The notes under the pieces were generated by a model that had not been told where the DNA came from, made no database searches, and saw only the letters and a program-made list of their open reading frames with translations. A stretch of DNA of 55,834 nt, taken from assembly GCA_964450735.1 (NCBI GenBank), contig CAYVDC010000009.1, forward strand, positions 1 to 55,834, written 5' to 3'. This document shows, piece after piece, positions 36,119 to 45,380 of the stretch (position 1 is the stretch's first letter; every line of letters starts with the position of its first letter). The DNA comes from an uncultured Candidatus Saccharibacteria bacterium. GTDB lineage: Bacteria; Patescibacteriota; Minisyncoccia; Phycocordibacterales; UBA9973. Made by a program: the position numbers and the translations under genes.

Positions 36119-37132
36119 TTAAATATTAAATAATGGATTGATAATGCCAAGTCCCGCAAGACCCGCAAGAAGTGCGAAGATTCCAAGACCAATCACCACG
36201 ATGCCAGCTGATTTAAAGAATAGTGGTGCATGCTTTGAGTGAGCAAACGATACTGATCCAAAAGAAAGGAGTGCGAGCACCGGAAGCGTACCGAGAGCAA
36301 ATGAAAGCATGATGAGAAATCCAGATGTGAATGATCCGCTCGAGAGTGCAGCGATCTGCATTGCTTGCGTAAATCCGCACGGCAGAAAGAATGTACCAAT
36401 ACCAATGAGGATCGGGGCAAGCGTTGAATGTTCCACTTTTCTGAAATAGGCAAAGATCCCGGTCGGCAGAGCTACTTTATTCTTCTTGATGATACCTACC
36501 AGATTAAGGCCGAGCAGTATCATCACACTCGAAGCAATAATTCCCAATATCGCAGAAAAAGTAAAACTCACACCAATAGCTTTACCAACCAATCCAAGCA
36601 GTCCACCGAGGACTGCAAAACCGAGAAGTCGGCCACCGTGAAAAAGGAAAAACTGTTTTTTGCTTGTGGTAGTGCTTTCATCCTGCGCGACTTTTGCAGA
36701 GAGCGAGAGGATTAAACCGCCTACAATGGCAAGACAACTCGATACAGATGCAATGAGACCAATGATAAAACTCGTCACCGGAGTAGTCGCACCACCTATG
36801 CCTAGATTAAGGATACCGGACTTTTGAAGTATGAAAAAAAGAATTAGGAATACAAGGCCGATTGGAAGTGCTTTCCAGATGAGATCGTCAGACTTTTTTT
36901 CCTGAATGACTTTCTCTACCGACAGCGTGTATCCGTTCGGTTTTACCTTACTTGTGAGAAGCTCGGCCATTGCTTCAATACTTTGGTCGCTATCGGTTTC
37001 AATCGTAACTGTTTCCTTTTTCAGATCAACTACTGATTTCTTAATATCTTTCTGCTCGCTCAATATATCCTCGATCAATATTTTGCATGAGGCGCAGTGC
37101 GTACCCGAAACGTGAAATGTGTATGTTTTCAT
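36119..37132 (-). CDS. HMA-domain fusion to a DsbD_2/TauE-like polytopic membrane protein
   Basis: The N-terminal heavy-metal-associated motif is FHVSGTHCASCKILIE. About 6 TM helices follow, containing FFLPCGFTQAMQ. Confidence 0.65.
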   Translation of the reverse strand: MKTYTFHVSGTHCASCKILIEDILSEQKDIKKSVVDLKKETVTIETDSDQSIEAMAELLTSKVKPNGYTLSVEKVIQEKKSDDLIWKALPIGLVFLILFFILQKSGILNLGIGGATTPVTSFIIGLIASVSSCLAIVGGLILSLSAKVAQDESTTTSKKQFFLFHGGRLLGFAVLGGLLGLVGKAIGVSFTFSAILGIIASSVMILLGLNLVGIIKKNKVALPTGIFAYFRKVEHSTLAPILIGIGTFFLPCGFTQAMQIAALSSGSFTSGFLIMLSFALGTLPVLALLSFGSVSFAHSKHAPLFFKSAGIVVIGLGIFALLAGLAGLGIINPLFNI

Positions 37133-37149
37133 AAATTATTTTGCTATTC

Positions 37150-39105
37150 CTAACAATTACTGCAGGTTCCATCAGAATGGTGATCTATTACTCTCACGCC
37201 ATCATACTGATAGAGACGCAATGAATTTATTACTACGAAGATAGTTACCCCAACATCAGCTACAATCGCCATAACAAGATTAGCGTTACCAGAAACGGCA
37301 AGCCCAAGAAATCCAATTTTAGTAATCAAAGCAAACGCGATATTGAAGCGAATAATGCCGTTTGATTTTTGTGCGATTGATATAAGTTCTGGTAATGCCG
37401 AAAGTTTATCGTTCATTATGGCAATATCTGCATTCTCAATTGCAACATCTGAGCCGGCAGAAGCCATCGCTATCCCGACGGAAGCGGTAGCCAACGCAGG
37501 AGCGTCGTTGACCCCGTCCCCAACCATAGCAACTGACCCATACTTCTTTTTGATTTCCTGAATTCGTGCAACTTTATCTTCAGGTAAAAGTGATGCGTAA
37601 ACTTCTTCGATGCCAACATTATTTGCAACTGCTTGTGCCGGAGCAGCGGTATCACCGGTGAGCATGATAGGTGTAATACCTATTTTTTTGAGTTCGGCGA
37701 TTGCACGTGCGCTATCTTTCTTGATTTCATCACTAACCCCCACGATTCCTTTAATTTCTTTTCCATTAGAAACGAAGATAATAGTCTTGCCTTGGTTTTC
37801 AAGTTCCCCTGCTTTTTTAGTGATACTATCATCGATCGCTCCATGTTCATCTCTCATATAGGCAAGTGTGCCTGCGCAACGGTGACTGTCAGTACATACG
37901 AGGCAAACTCCCTCTACTCCCTTGCCTGAAGTAGCTTTATAAGAATCGAATGTGTGTAAATTCAATTTCTTCTCGGCCGCATAGGCAATAATACTTTTTG
38001 AAATCGGGTGTTCAGAAAATGTTTCAAGCCCTGAAAGACATGAGATAACATCCTGCTCAGTATTATCGCCAAAAGGAATGACATCGGTCACAATCGGTGT
38101 ACCTTTGGTAATAGTACGAGTCTTATCGAAAGCTATCGCTTTGATTTTTCCCATTTCCTCCAGAAAGCGACCACCTTTGATAACAACCCCTTTACGCGAG
38201 GCATTGCCTACAGCTGAGAATACACTGACGGGAGTAGAAATGACTAAGGCGCATGGGCAGGAAATAATAAGGAGTGTTAACGCTTGAATAAACCACTTTT
38301 GGAATGGCTCATGAAAAATGAAAACGGGAATCACCACCAAAAGTATAGAAGAGAGCAAGATAAGTGGTGTATAATACTGAGCAAATTTTTCAATAAATGC
38401 TTGAGCATTTGATTTCCGCTCAGCTGCGTCATATGTAAGATTTATTATTTTCTGTAAAGTGCTTTCACTTGAGAGTTTCGTGACTTTTACTTCAAGATAT
38501 CCGTCACTTGCCACACTTCCTGCAAATACAGCATCACCAATTATTTTTGTTTTTGGAAGTGGCTCTCCGGTGATCGATGATTCATCTACTAGCGAATTGC
38601 CTGAAACAATCGTACCGTCAACTGGAATGATATCTCCATGCTTTACGATGATGATCATATCTATTACTAGTTCAGTTAATGACACAACTGTTCCGTTTTT
38701 AAGAGTTGCTTGTTTTGGTGTTTTGTTTACCAAATCTTGAAGCGAAGATTTACTACGGGAAATTCCAAAATCCTCAAGAACGTTTCCAAGAGAGAAAAGA
38801 ATTATCACAATCGCAGCTTCTTCAAGCTCGCCGATTGCGACTGCGCCAATAACGGCAATAGTCATTAAAAGATTGATGCTTGAAAAGCGAAGTTCCCACA
38901 GGCTCATGAGCCCTTTCTTAAAGACATCTCTGCCGAAAATAACGACAATGAGCCCTAACGCTGCAAGTTCTATGAGATATGGTAGATGTTTCCCAGAAAG
39001 AGACAGAGCCTCGAACGGAATAACCGCTACAAGAGCGATGAGCAAGTATTTAAATTTTTTATTTTGTATGAGTTCTTTAAACATAATTATTTTTCGTATC
39101 TCCAA
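37150..39105 (-). CDS. Heavy-metal-translocating P1B-type ATPase lacking an N-terminal HMA domain, with atypical DKTRT phosphorylation motif
   Basis: The motifs are TGEPLP, the CPC motif SCPCALVISTP, SEHPISK, MLTGD and [11 protein letters not shown]. The phosphorylation site reads AFDKTRTIT instead of DKTGT. The C-terminal tail is HHSDGTCSNC. Confidence 0.85.
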   Translation of the reverse strand: MEIRKIIMFKELIQNKKFKYLLIALVAVIPFEALSLSGKHLPYLIELAALGLIVVIFGRDVFKKGLMSLWELRFSSINLLMTIAVIGAVAIGELEEAAIVIILFSLGNVLEDFGISRSKSSLQDLVNKTPKQATLKNGTVVSLTELVIDMIIIVKHGDIIPVDGTIVSGNSLVDESSITGEPLPKTKIIGDAVFAGSVASDGYLEVKVTKLSSESTLQKIINLTYDAAERKSNAQAFIEKFAQYYTPLILLSSILLVVIPVFIFHEPFQKWFIQALTLLIISCPCALVISTPVSVFSAVGNASRKGVVIKGGRFLEEMGKIKAIAFDKTRTITKGTPIVTDVIPFGDNTEQDVISCLSGLETFSEHPISKSIIAYAAEKKLNLHTFDSYKATSGKGVEGVCLVCTDSHRCAGTLAYMRDEHGAIDDSITKKAGELENQGKTIIFVSNGKEIKGIVGVSDEIKKDSARAIAELKKIGITPIMLTGDTAAPAQAVANNVGIEEVYASLLPEDKVARIQEIKKKYGSVAMVGDGVNDAPALATASVGIAMASAGSDVAIENADIAIMNDKLSALPELISIAQKSNGIIRFNIAFALITKIGFLGLAVSGNANLVMAIVADVGVTIFVVINSLRLYQYDGVRVIDHHSDGTCSNC

Positions 39106-39120
39106 TTAAGATCCATTTCT

Positions 39121-39342
39121 TTAAATCATTTCTCCTTTCTCTTCAAGCTTCATATGATGAATAGTTGAAATAGCGATCCAAATTGCGATCAACATAAGTA
39201 ATCCTGAACAAAAGAGCATATGCTCGCGGTTAATTCCCCAAACCAAAGAATCTGCACCCATCGAAACAGCAATTAATGCAACAATGATACCAGCGAGGCC
39301 GACGATAACATTTGCTACGTGAAATATTTTTGATAGTTTCAT
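39121..39342 (-). CDS. Small two-TM membrane protein
   Basis: 73 aa with two hydrophobic helices, located inside the metal operon. Confidence 0.4.
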   Translation of the reverse strand: MKLSKIFHVANVIVGLAGIIVALIAVSMGADSLVWGINREHMLFCSGLLMLIAIWIAISTIHHMKLEEKGEMI

Positions 39343-39373
39343 AAATTTTATAAAATTAATTTAGACTAATAAT

Positions 39374-39559
39374 CTAACTCTTTAAATTTTCTGCAGGTAC
39401 GAGATTCATTCCACAATCCGGACAACTGCCCGGTTCATTCTTTTTTACATTAGGATGCATCGGACAAGTATATGAGCCGCTTTTTGACTTCATTGGAGTC
39501 TCGTCAGCACCACAACATCCACCTTCATGGGCACTATCTTTTGTATTATCCTGATTCAT
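39374..39559 (-). CDS. Small heavy-metal-binding domain protein (Cys4 zinc-ribbon-like HMBD)
   Basis: [24 protein letters not shown] matches the YTCPMHP...CPxCGM motif seen at the N-termini of Cus/Cop proteins. There is also a CC pair near the N-terminus. Confidence 0.6.
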   Translation of the reverse strand: MNQDNTKDSAHEGGCCGADETPMKSKSGSYTCPMHPNVKKNEPGSCPDCGMNLVPAENLKS

Positions 39560-39570
39560 ATTTAATATAA

Positions 39571-40053
39571 TTAATTACTAATAATATTTTTACTCAAAAA
39601 CCAGAACATTACACCAGTCCATATTGATATAAAGCCAAAAAGGAATATCAACCCAGAAAACGCATAAGTTACGATCCCAAGATTTAATGCAGTCGTTAAT
39701 GCTGTCGCAGTTACCCAAATATCTCGATTGACATTGGGTACCATTACAGCTTTTCCACTTTCATCAAAAACTGGTTTAGTATTTTGATCTACTTTTTGAA
39801 TTTGGCGTGGCATTTCTGAGTATGTTTTACCATCTGTAATTTTAAGGGTATGCTCTCTAATAATATCTGCTTGCGATTTTAGCGTCCATGGCCCGCGCAC
39901 TAGAACATTAGGAATAGAAGCGTCCGGAGGTGTTGTAATATTTTCCTTCACTACATTTTTATATGTAAAAGAAATTCCCCATAATCCACCAAGAACCATA
40001 ACGATTCCTGCTACAACTGCGAGTAAGGAAGAAAATATAAGTAATTTTTTCAT
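39571..40053 (-). CDS. Hypothetical two-TM membrane protein
   Basis: 160 aa with an N-terminal and a C-terminal TM helix flanking a soluble domain, located inside the metal operon. Confidence 0.45.
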   Translation of the reverse strand: MKKLLIFSSLLAVVAGIVMVLGGLWGISFTYKNVVKENITTPPDASIPNVLVRGPWTLKSQADIIREHTLKITDGKTYSEMPRQIQKVDQNTKPVFDESGKAVMVPNVNRDIWVTATALTTALNLGIVTYAFSGLIFLFGFISIWTGVMFWFLSKNIISN

Positions 40054-40055
40054 AA

Positions 40056-42377
40056 CTATAATTTCATTGATTTAATTCGTAATGAATTACCGACCACACT
40101 CACACTACTCATCGCCATCGCGAATCCTGCAAATACTGGAGAGAGGAGCCAGCCAAAAATCGGAAAAAAGATTCCGGATGCAAGTGGAATGCCCACTATG
40201 TTGTAGATGAATGCCCAGAAAAGATTTTGCTTGATACCTCTCATTGTGATTTTGGAAAGTCTAATAGCTTTCACCAGTTTTGAAATATCTCCGCCAAGAA
40301 GAGTAATTCCTGCTGATTCGATAGCAACATCGGTCCCGGTTCCCATAGCAATACCTACATCAGCTTGTGCGAGGGCCGGGGCGTCGTTGACGCCATCGCC
40401 CGCCATTGCGACGATGTGTCCCTGTGACTGAAGCTCTTTTATTTTCTCTAGCTTATTCTCCGGCAGAACATGTGCAATTACTTCATCAATACCGACCAGT
40501 GAGGCGATATGCTTTGCGGCTTTCTCGTCGTCTCCAGTGAGCATGATAACTTTTATTCCCATCTTATGAAGCTGCGTTACTGCTTCCTTTGACTCAGGCT
40601 TTACTTCGTCGGCGACCATGACGAACCCAATTACTTTTTCTTTGGTGGCCAGAATGACTGGAGTTTTTCCTTGCGCTGTAAACTTTTCGATTGCCGTACT
40701 GTCGAATGAAATTCCAAGCTCCGTAATCAGCTTCGCATTACCTGCAAAATATTCCTTGCCCATGATTGAGCCCTTTACTCCCTTGCCTTGGATACCTTCA
40801 AAATGAGAGAGATCAGATACGGAAATATTTTTATCCTTGGCGTAACTCACGACCGCATGGGCAATCGGATGCTCTGATTTCTTTTCAAGTGATGCCAATA
40901 TGGATATCAATTCTTCATTCTTTAAATTCGAGAGGTTAACTATATCGACAAGCGTTGGTTTCCCTATCGTGATCGTTCCCGTTTTGTCGACGATAACAAT
41001 ATCGGCTTTATGAAGCTTCTCTAAGGTTGCTGCGTCTTTAATTAAGATTCCTTCTTTTGCACCTTTGCCTACGCCGACAATAATTGCAGTTGGTGTCGCA
41101 AGTCCGAGTGCGCATGGACAAGCAATGACTAGAACACCAACAAACGAGACGAGTCCGTATGAAAGCGCTTGCGGAAATCCGAGCGGTCCAATACCCAAGA
41201 AAAGCCATAAACCGAGTGATAGAAAAGCGATGACAAGAACAACGGGGACAAAAACTGCTGAGATTTTGTCAGCAAGTGCCTGAATCGGTGCTTTGCTTCC
41301 TTGTGCTTCTTCAACCATTTTGATGATCTGAGCGAGCAAAGTTTCCGATCCAACTTTTGTCGCTTTGAATGTAAACGATCCGCTTGTATTCATTGTTCCC
41401 GCTACAACACTGTCGCCAACTTTCTTTTGAGCAGGCATCGGCTCTCCGGTTACCATCGATTCATCTACATATGAGGAACCCTCAGTGATTATGCCGTCAA
41501 CGGGAATTTTTGCTCCCGGCTTCATAATAATGAGATCACCATGCTTCACTTCGTTCACAGATATTTCCATTTCCTTTCCGTCTCGAATAACTAGAGCAGT
41601 TTTCGCCTGAAGATTGAGAAGCTTTTCAATCGCATCACCTGTTTTGAGCTTTGAGCGGGATTCAAGATATTTTCCGAGAGCAATAAATGTGATGACTACA
41701 ATCGTCACATCATAATAGGTATGATCCACGTTAAGGAATGGCCGTAACACATCTTCGAAAGCTGTGACTGCAAAACTATATAGGTATGCGGCAACAGTTC
41801 CGATACCGATGAGTGTGTCCATATTTGCCTTGCCGTAGCGGAGAAAACGATAGAAGCCAAGAAGATAGGGCTTTCCGACAACGAAGAGCGTGTATGTCGC
41901 CATGAGTGGCAAAAGATGATGGAAAAATTCTTTGACTGTGTAACTCATAGCAGGGACCGCATGATATTGAGCCAGGATATCCCACGCCATAACAAAAATG
42001 CTGAAGATCGCAAGTGGAATCGCAGACATGACTTTTGTTTTCATATCTTTTATTTCAGAGAGTTTTTCCTCTTTTGATTGATTTAGTCCAAGATGCTCCG
42101 CATGCTCATTTTCGCTCATACCCATTTCAGTTGCGCTCATGTTATGCATGCTGTAATCCATAGGAGCAGGTACTACGAGGCTGTATCCCAGTGGTTCTAA
42201 CTTTTTATTGAAAGATTCGGGATTCGTTTTTGTCTCATCAAAAGATATTTTTGCATTTTCTGTGCCGTTGTTTACGGAAATTTCTTCAACACCGTCAACC
42301 TTTTTAATAGTGCGTTCAATGATGCTTGAACATGAAGCGCAATGCATTCCTTTTACTTTGTATGTTTTGGTATGCAT
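40056..42377 (-). CDS. copA: Copper-translocating P1B-type ATPase
   Basis: The N-terminal HMA motif is [20 protein letters not shown], the CPC motif [31 protein letters not shown] and [11 protein letters not shown] are all present. Confidence 0.9.
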   Translation of the reverse strand: MHTKTYKVKGMHCASCSSIIERTIKKVDGVEEISVNNGTENAKISFDETKTNPESFNKKLEPLGYSLVVPAPMDYSMHNMSATEMGMSENEHAEHLGLNQSKEEKLSEIKDMKTKVMSAIPLAIFSIFVMAWDILAQYHAVPAMSYTVKEFFHHLLPLMATYTLFVVGKPYLLGFYRFLRYGKANMDTLIGIGTVAAYLYSFAVTAFEDVLRPFLNVDHTYYDVTIVVITFIALGKYLESRSKLKTGDAIEKLLNLQAKTALVIRDGKEMEISVNEVKHGDLIIMKPGAKIPVDGIITEGSSYVDESMVTGEPMPAQKKVGDSVVAGTMNTSGSFTFKATKVGSETLLAQIIKMVEEAQGSKAPIQALADKISAVFVPVVLVIAFLSLGLWLFLGIGPLGFPQALSYGLVSFVGVLVIACPCALGLATPTAIIVGVGKGAKEGILIKDAATLEKLHKADIVIVDKTGTITIGKPTLVDIVNLSNLKNEELISILASLEKKSEHPIAHAVVSYAKDKNISVSDLSHFEGIQGKGVKGSIMGKEYFAGNAKLITELGISFDSTAIEKFTAQGKTPVILATKEKVIGFVMVADEVKPESKEAVTQLHKMGIKVIMLTGDDEKAAKHIASLVGIDEVIAHVLPENKLEKIKELQSQGHIVAMAGDGVNDAPALAQADVGIAMGTGTDVAIESAGITLLGGDISKLVKAIRLSKITMRGIKQNLFWAFIYNIVGIPLASGIFFPIFGWLLSPVFAGFAMAMSSVSVVGNSLRIKSMKL

Positions 42378-42381
42378 AGAA

Positions 42382-42657
42382 TTATTTACGCTTTAATTTG
42401 TAAACCTTTAAAACTTCCTCCTTTGCTTTACCGACCTGTCCTGAAGACATTTGATGCTGCACGCAATGACCAAGGTGGTTTTCCAGAAGGGCATCTTCAA
42501 TACTCGAAAGCCCTTGCTTTACAGCAGAGGTCTGAGTGATCACGTCAATGCAATAGGTATCGTTCTCGATTAACTTCTGCAGTCCCCGAACTTGTCCCTC
42601 AATGAGCTTGAGGCGACGAACTATCTTTGCCTTATCTTTTTCATCCATGTATTTCAT
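42382..42657 (-). CDS. csoR: CsoR-family metal-sensing transcriptional repressor
   Basis: [33 protein letters not shown]...HLGHCV shows the C...H...C ligand pattern of Cu(I) CsoR. The start was set at M23 (MKYMDEK), 10 nt downstream of the operator palindrome. Confidence 0.8.
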   Translation of the reverse strand: MKYMDEKDKAKIVRRLKLIEGQVRGLQKLIENDTYCIDVITQTSAVKQGLSSIEDALLENHLGHCVQHQMSSGQVGKAKEEVLKVYKLKRK

Positions 42658-42666
42658 AAAACGAGT

Positions 42667-42687
42667 ATATACCCCTAGGGGGTATAT
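42667..42687. promoter_or_regulatory. CsoR-type operator (GC-tract palindrome)
   Basis: atatacccctagggggtatat is a near-perfect palindrome of the TACCC-N-GGGTA type known for CsoR operators. It lies immediately upstream of csoR-copA. Confidence 0.7.
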
Positions 42688-42733
42688 GTCAAGAAAACAG
42701 TAATGTGTCCTCGGTCCAAACATTAAAATTGTA

Positions 42734-42767
42734 TAAAAAAATAGCCTTACAATGTAAGACTATTTTT
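42734..42767 (-). terminator. Hairpin with flanking A/T runs (terminator-like) downstream of repeat copy B
   Basis: tagccttac-aat-gtaagacta forms a 9-bp stem with one mismatch. It is flanked by aaaaaaa on the left and ttttt on the right. Confidence 0.45.
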
Positions 42768-42769
42768 CG

Positions 42770-42881
42770 TTGTGCTCCCTACTAGAGGACGTTAGGAACT
42801 GTTTTATAGAGAATCCTGACCATACATGGTTCCCTATAGTAGATATATGGAGAACTGAAAAAATATCGTCAGTATCGTAAT
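42770..42881. repeat. 112-nt imperfect-palindromic repeat, copy B
   Basis: It matches copy A at 97/112 positions and has the same context, lying between the stop of the 42890 gene and a terminator-like hairpin. Confidence 0.8.
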
Positions 42882-42889
42882 AATGGATT

Positions 42890-43489
42890 CTATTGAGGAG
42901 CACACGCAATCCAAACTTCTTGTATTTTTGAAAGTTCTGCTATTTCTCCTGTATCAGAGCCCCACTTTTCTAAGAATTTTTTTGCTAACCCTTTCAATTG
43001 AACCTCTCTTTCTTCTAAAGGAAGATTTCTAAGTTCTTGATTTACTCTCATTAAAAAATGCCATGCAACAAACCTGTGATTACCATCTACAACAGCATAC
43101 TTACCTTCTTTTAATAATAAACATATTGGCTTAGGGAACATTCCTGTTTCTAAGAGATACCGAGCAGCATTTAACCAACGATTCCTCCCAGACTCCCCCA
43201 TAGTCATACCAAAATACGTTTCCTCAGGTTTTTTTGTGTATCCATCAAACATTTCCTTAAAAACCTTAGACCACTCCTCGGAGTATGGAATAGTACTTAG
43301 ATCTAGAAATTCCTTTCTCCATTCAACCTTCTGCCAAAATTCAAAATTCTCAGTAAACAGAACTCCGTTCCAGTTCTCTACGGGAGGCCAACCATGTTTC
43401 TCATAATAAGGTTCAATCCAATCTTTTATTATGTCGTCAGGAAAATTGGGTAAATCTTTCTTAATATGCTCAAACTTATTTATTTCCAT
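42890..43489 (-). CDS. ParB/Srx-fold (ParB-like nuclease domain) protein, third gene of the SIR2-HerA operon
   Basis: It carries the signature KYAVVDGNHRFVAWHF (DGxHR). Its ATG at 43489 overlaps the HerA stop (ATGGAAATAA). Confidence 0.55.
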   Translation of the reverse strand: MEINKFEHIKKDLPNFPDDIIKDWIEPYYEKHGWPPVENWNGVLFTENFEFWQKVEWRKEFLDLSTIPYSEEWSKVFKEMFDGYTKKPEETYFGMTMGESGRNRWLNAARYLLETGMFPKPICLLLKEGKYAVVDGNHRFVAWHFLMRVNQELRNLPLEEREVQLKGLAKKFLEKWGSDTGEIAELSKIQEVWIACAPQ

Positions 43490-45375
43490 TTGTCAGTTAG
43501 AGTTATTGTTTTATTTTTAGGTTCAAACTTTGAAGGTTCAATTCTACCGACATCTAGAACAATTGGCACGCTAGCAAGAAGTCCGGCAAGTATGCATGTA
43601 CCAGTTGGCAAGAGGGGTAAATACTCAAATGAAACTTTATCCAGATAAGAAATTGTTTGTTTTACAGAATTAATATCCTCAGTATTAATAAGCCTATGTA
43701 GAAAATAGTTATGTAACTGAGAAATGATTGTTGGTGAGATATCAGATGGACGCTGGCTTGCTAGAGTAAGAAAAACTCCAAACTTACGACCTTCTTTAAT
43801 GATTTCTTCGAAGGTTTCCAAACGATAGTCTTTCCATTGCTCGCTCTCTCGTTCTGAATTTTCAGAAAGTATATTATGAGCCTCATCAATTATAATGTTC
43901 AAATATTTCTGATCATCGTTTTGATTTTTTTTATCATTGTAAAGTTTTTTACACATAAGTAATGGGAGAATTTTCCTCATGTGCATATTAACGTCCTTCA
44001 AAGAAACAACAGTGATCCCCTTACTAGCATTAATTTCATCGGCAGTCTTAATTTCAATCACCTTTTTTATATCATCGATTCTTCTATCTAGTCTTTTAAT
44101 TAAAGGAGCTAAATGCTCTTTATTTGAAAAGCCTCGAATAATGTCACTGTAATATTGAATTACAATTTGCAACCTAATTTCATCTATAGGGGTAATTCTA
44201 GCTACATCAATTTGAAGCGCATTAACCTTAGTATCAATAATTTTATCTCGAAAATCTGCTACATCACTATAAATCCTCGAAGTATCTGAAGACACGTAAT
44301 AATACTTATTATTTTGTGCCCCATGGAACTTTAAATGATCGTTATAGTCCCCTAATAGAGTTGTAATACTAGGATTCCCACCAAGTGCATCGTTCAGTTC
44401 TTTGAGAAAGTTAAATACAATTGTTTTTTCAACGTTTCTATCGCTCTCAGTTGTAGCTTCAAATATCATTTGTCCAATAAGTTGTTTTAGTTCAAGTTCA
44501 TTTTTTATTTTTGGAGCTAGGTATGAATTATCAACTGAACGGCGCAAAAAAGGCATCTGAGTCTTTTCTGTAGCTTCTAAGAAAACAACCCAAAAATCTG
44601 GATCATTCAATGTGTCTCTTGTAACAGGAAATTTATCCTTTGGAGTACGAGTCGAGAGTTGATAAATATTTTTATAACTTTTTTCGATAATTACATCATC
44701 ACTATTCTCTTGGTCACTATTTACATATTCTCCGTTAAAATCAATGAAGAAAAAACGGGCGTTCTGCTTAAATTTATCTTCATCCTTATATTTTAGGAAA
44801 AGTTCATGATAGATTTTTGCTAGTGTATAAGATTTACCACTTCCCGTATTACCAAATATTCCAATATGACTCGCCATTAAGCCGTTAACCCCTACTCTTA
44901 TATCTTGCCCCTTTTCAAACGACAAAGTACCTATCGTGATTGGATCGTCACCATTTCGTATGAAATCATGAATTTGCTCAAACTCCTTCTTGTGCAGTAA
45001 GAAACACTCGTTATCTATCAACGGTAATTCCTTTATTCCACGCTCAAATTGTTGCTCCTTAAAGAAACCCAGTAAGCTTACTGTCAAAACTCTATTGATT
45101 TTTTCCTTTACACTTACGTAACCTTTCTTTTTTATATATGTTTTGTCTTCTATGACTACTTCACCTTCTACCTTGCCAATTATTACAGTAAATCCTTTGA
45201 TTATTTTTACATAACCACCTACGGATATATTTTTAAGCAGTTCACCTTTATATAAAAGATGTGAAGTATTTTTTGTTTTATCAACTTTTACTTCTATTGT
45301 TCTACCCTTTACAGATATAACTTTACCGATAGTAAAAATTGAATCTTCAGATATTTGTTCAATACTTGTCGGCAT
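43480..45375 (-). CDS. HerA-like (FtsK/HerA superfamily) ATPase
   Basis: The N-terminal barrel-like segment reads IGKVISVKGRTIEVKV. Walker A is GIFGNTGSGKSYTLAK and Walker B is LNIIIDEAHNILS. VFLTLASQRPSDIS is also present. Confidence 0.8.
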   Translation of the reverse strand: MPTSIEQISEDSIFTIGKVISVKGRTIEVKVDKTKNTSHLLYKGELLKNISVGGYVKIIKGFTVIIGKVEGEVVIEDKTYIKKKGYVSVKEKINRVLTVSLLGFFKEQQFERGIKELPLIDNECFLLHKKEFEQIHDFIRNGDDPITIGTLSFEKGQDIRVGVNGLMASHIGIFGNTGSGKSYTLAKIYHELFLKYKDEDKFKQNARFFFIDFNGEYVNSDQENSDDVIIEKSYKNIYQLSTRTPKDKFPVTRDTLNDPDFWVVFLEATEKTQMPFLRRSVDNSYLAPKIKNELELKQLIGQMIFEATTESDRNVEKTIVFNFLKELNDALGGNPSITTLLGDYNDHLKFHGAQNNKYYYVSSDTSRIYSDVADFRDKIIDTKVNALQIDVARITPIDEIRLQIVIQYYSDIIRGFSNKEHLAPLIKRLDRRIDDIKKVIEIKTADEINASKGITVVSLKDVNMHMRKILPLLMCKKLYNDKKNQNDDQKYLNIIIDEAHNILSENSERESEQWKDYRLETFEEIIKEGRKFGVFLTLASQRPSDISPTIISQLHNYFLHRLINTEDINSVKQTISYLDKVSFEYLPLLPTGTCILAGLLASVPIVLDVGRIEPSKFEPKNKTITLTDKWK

Positions 45376-45380
45376 AAGTA

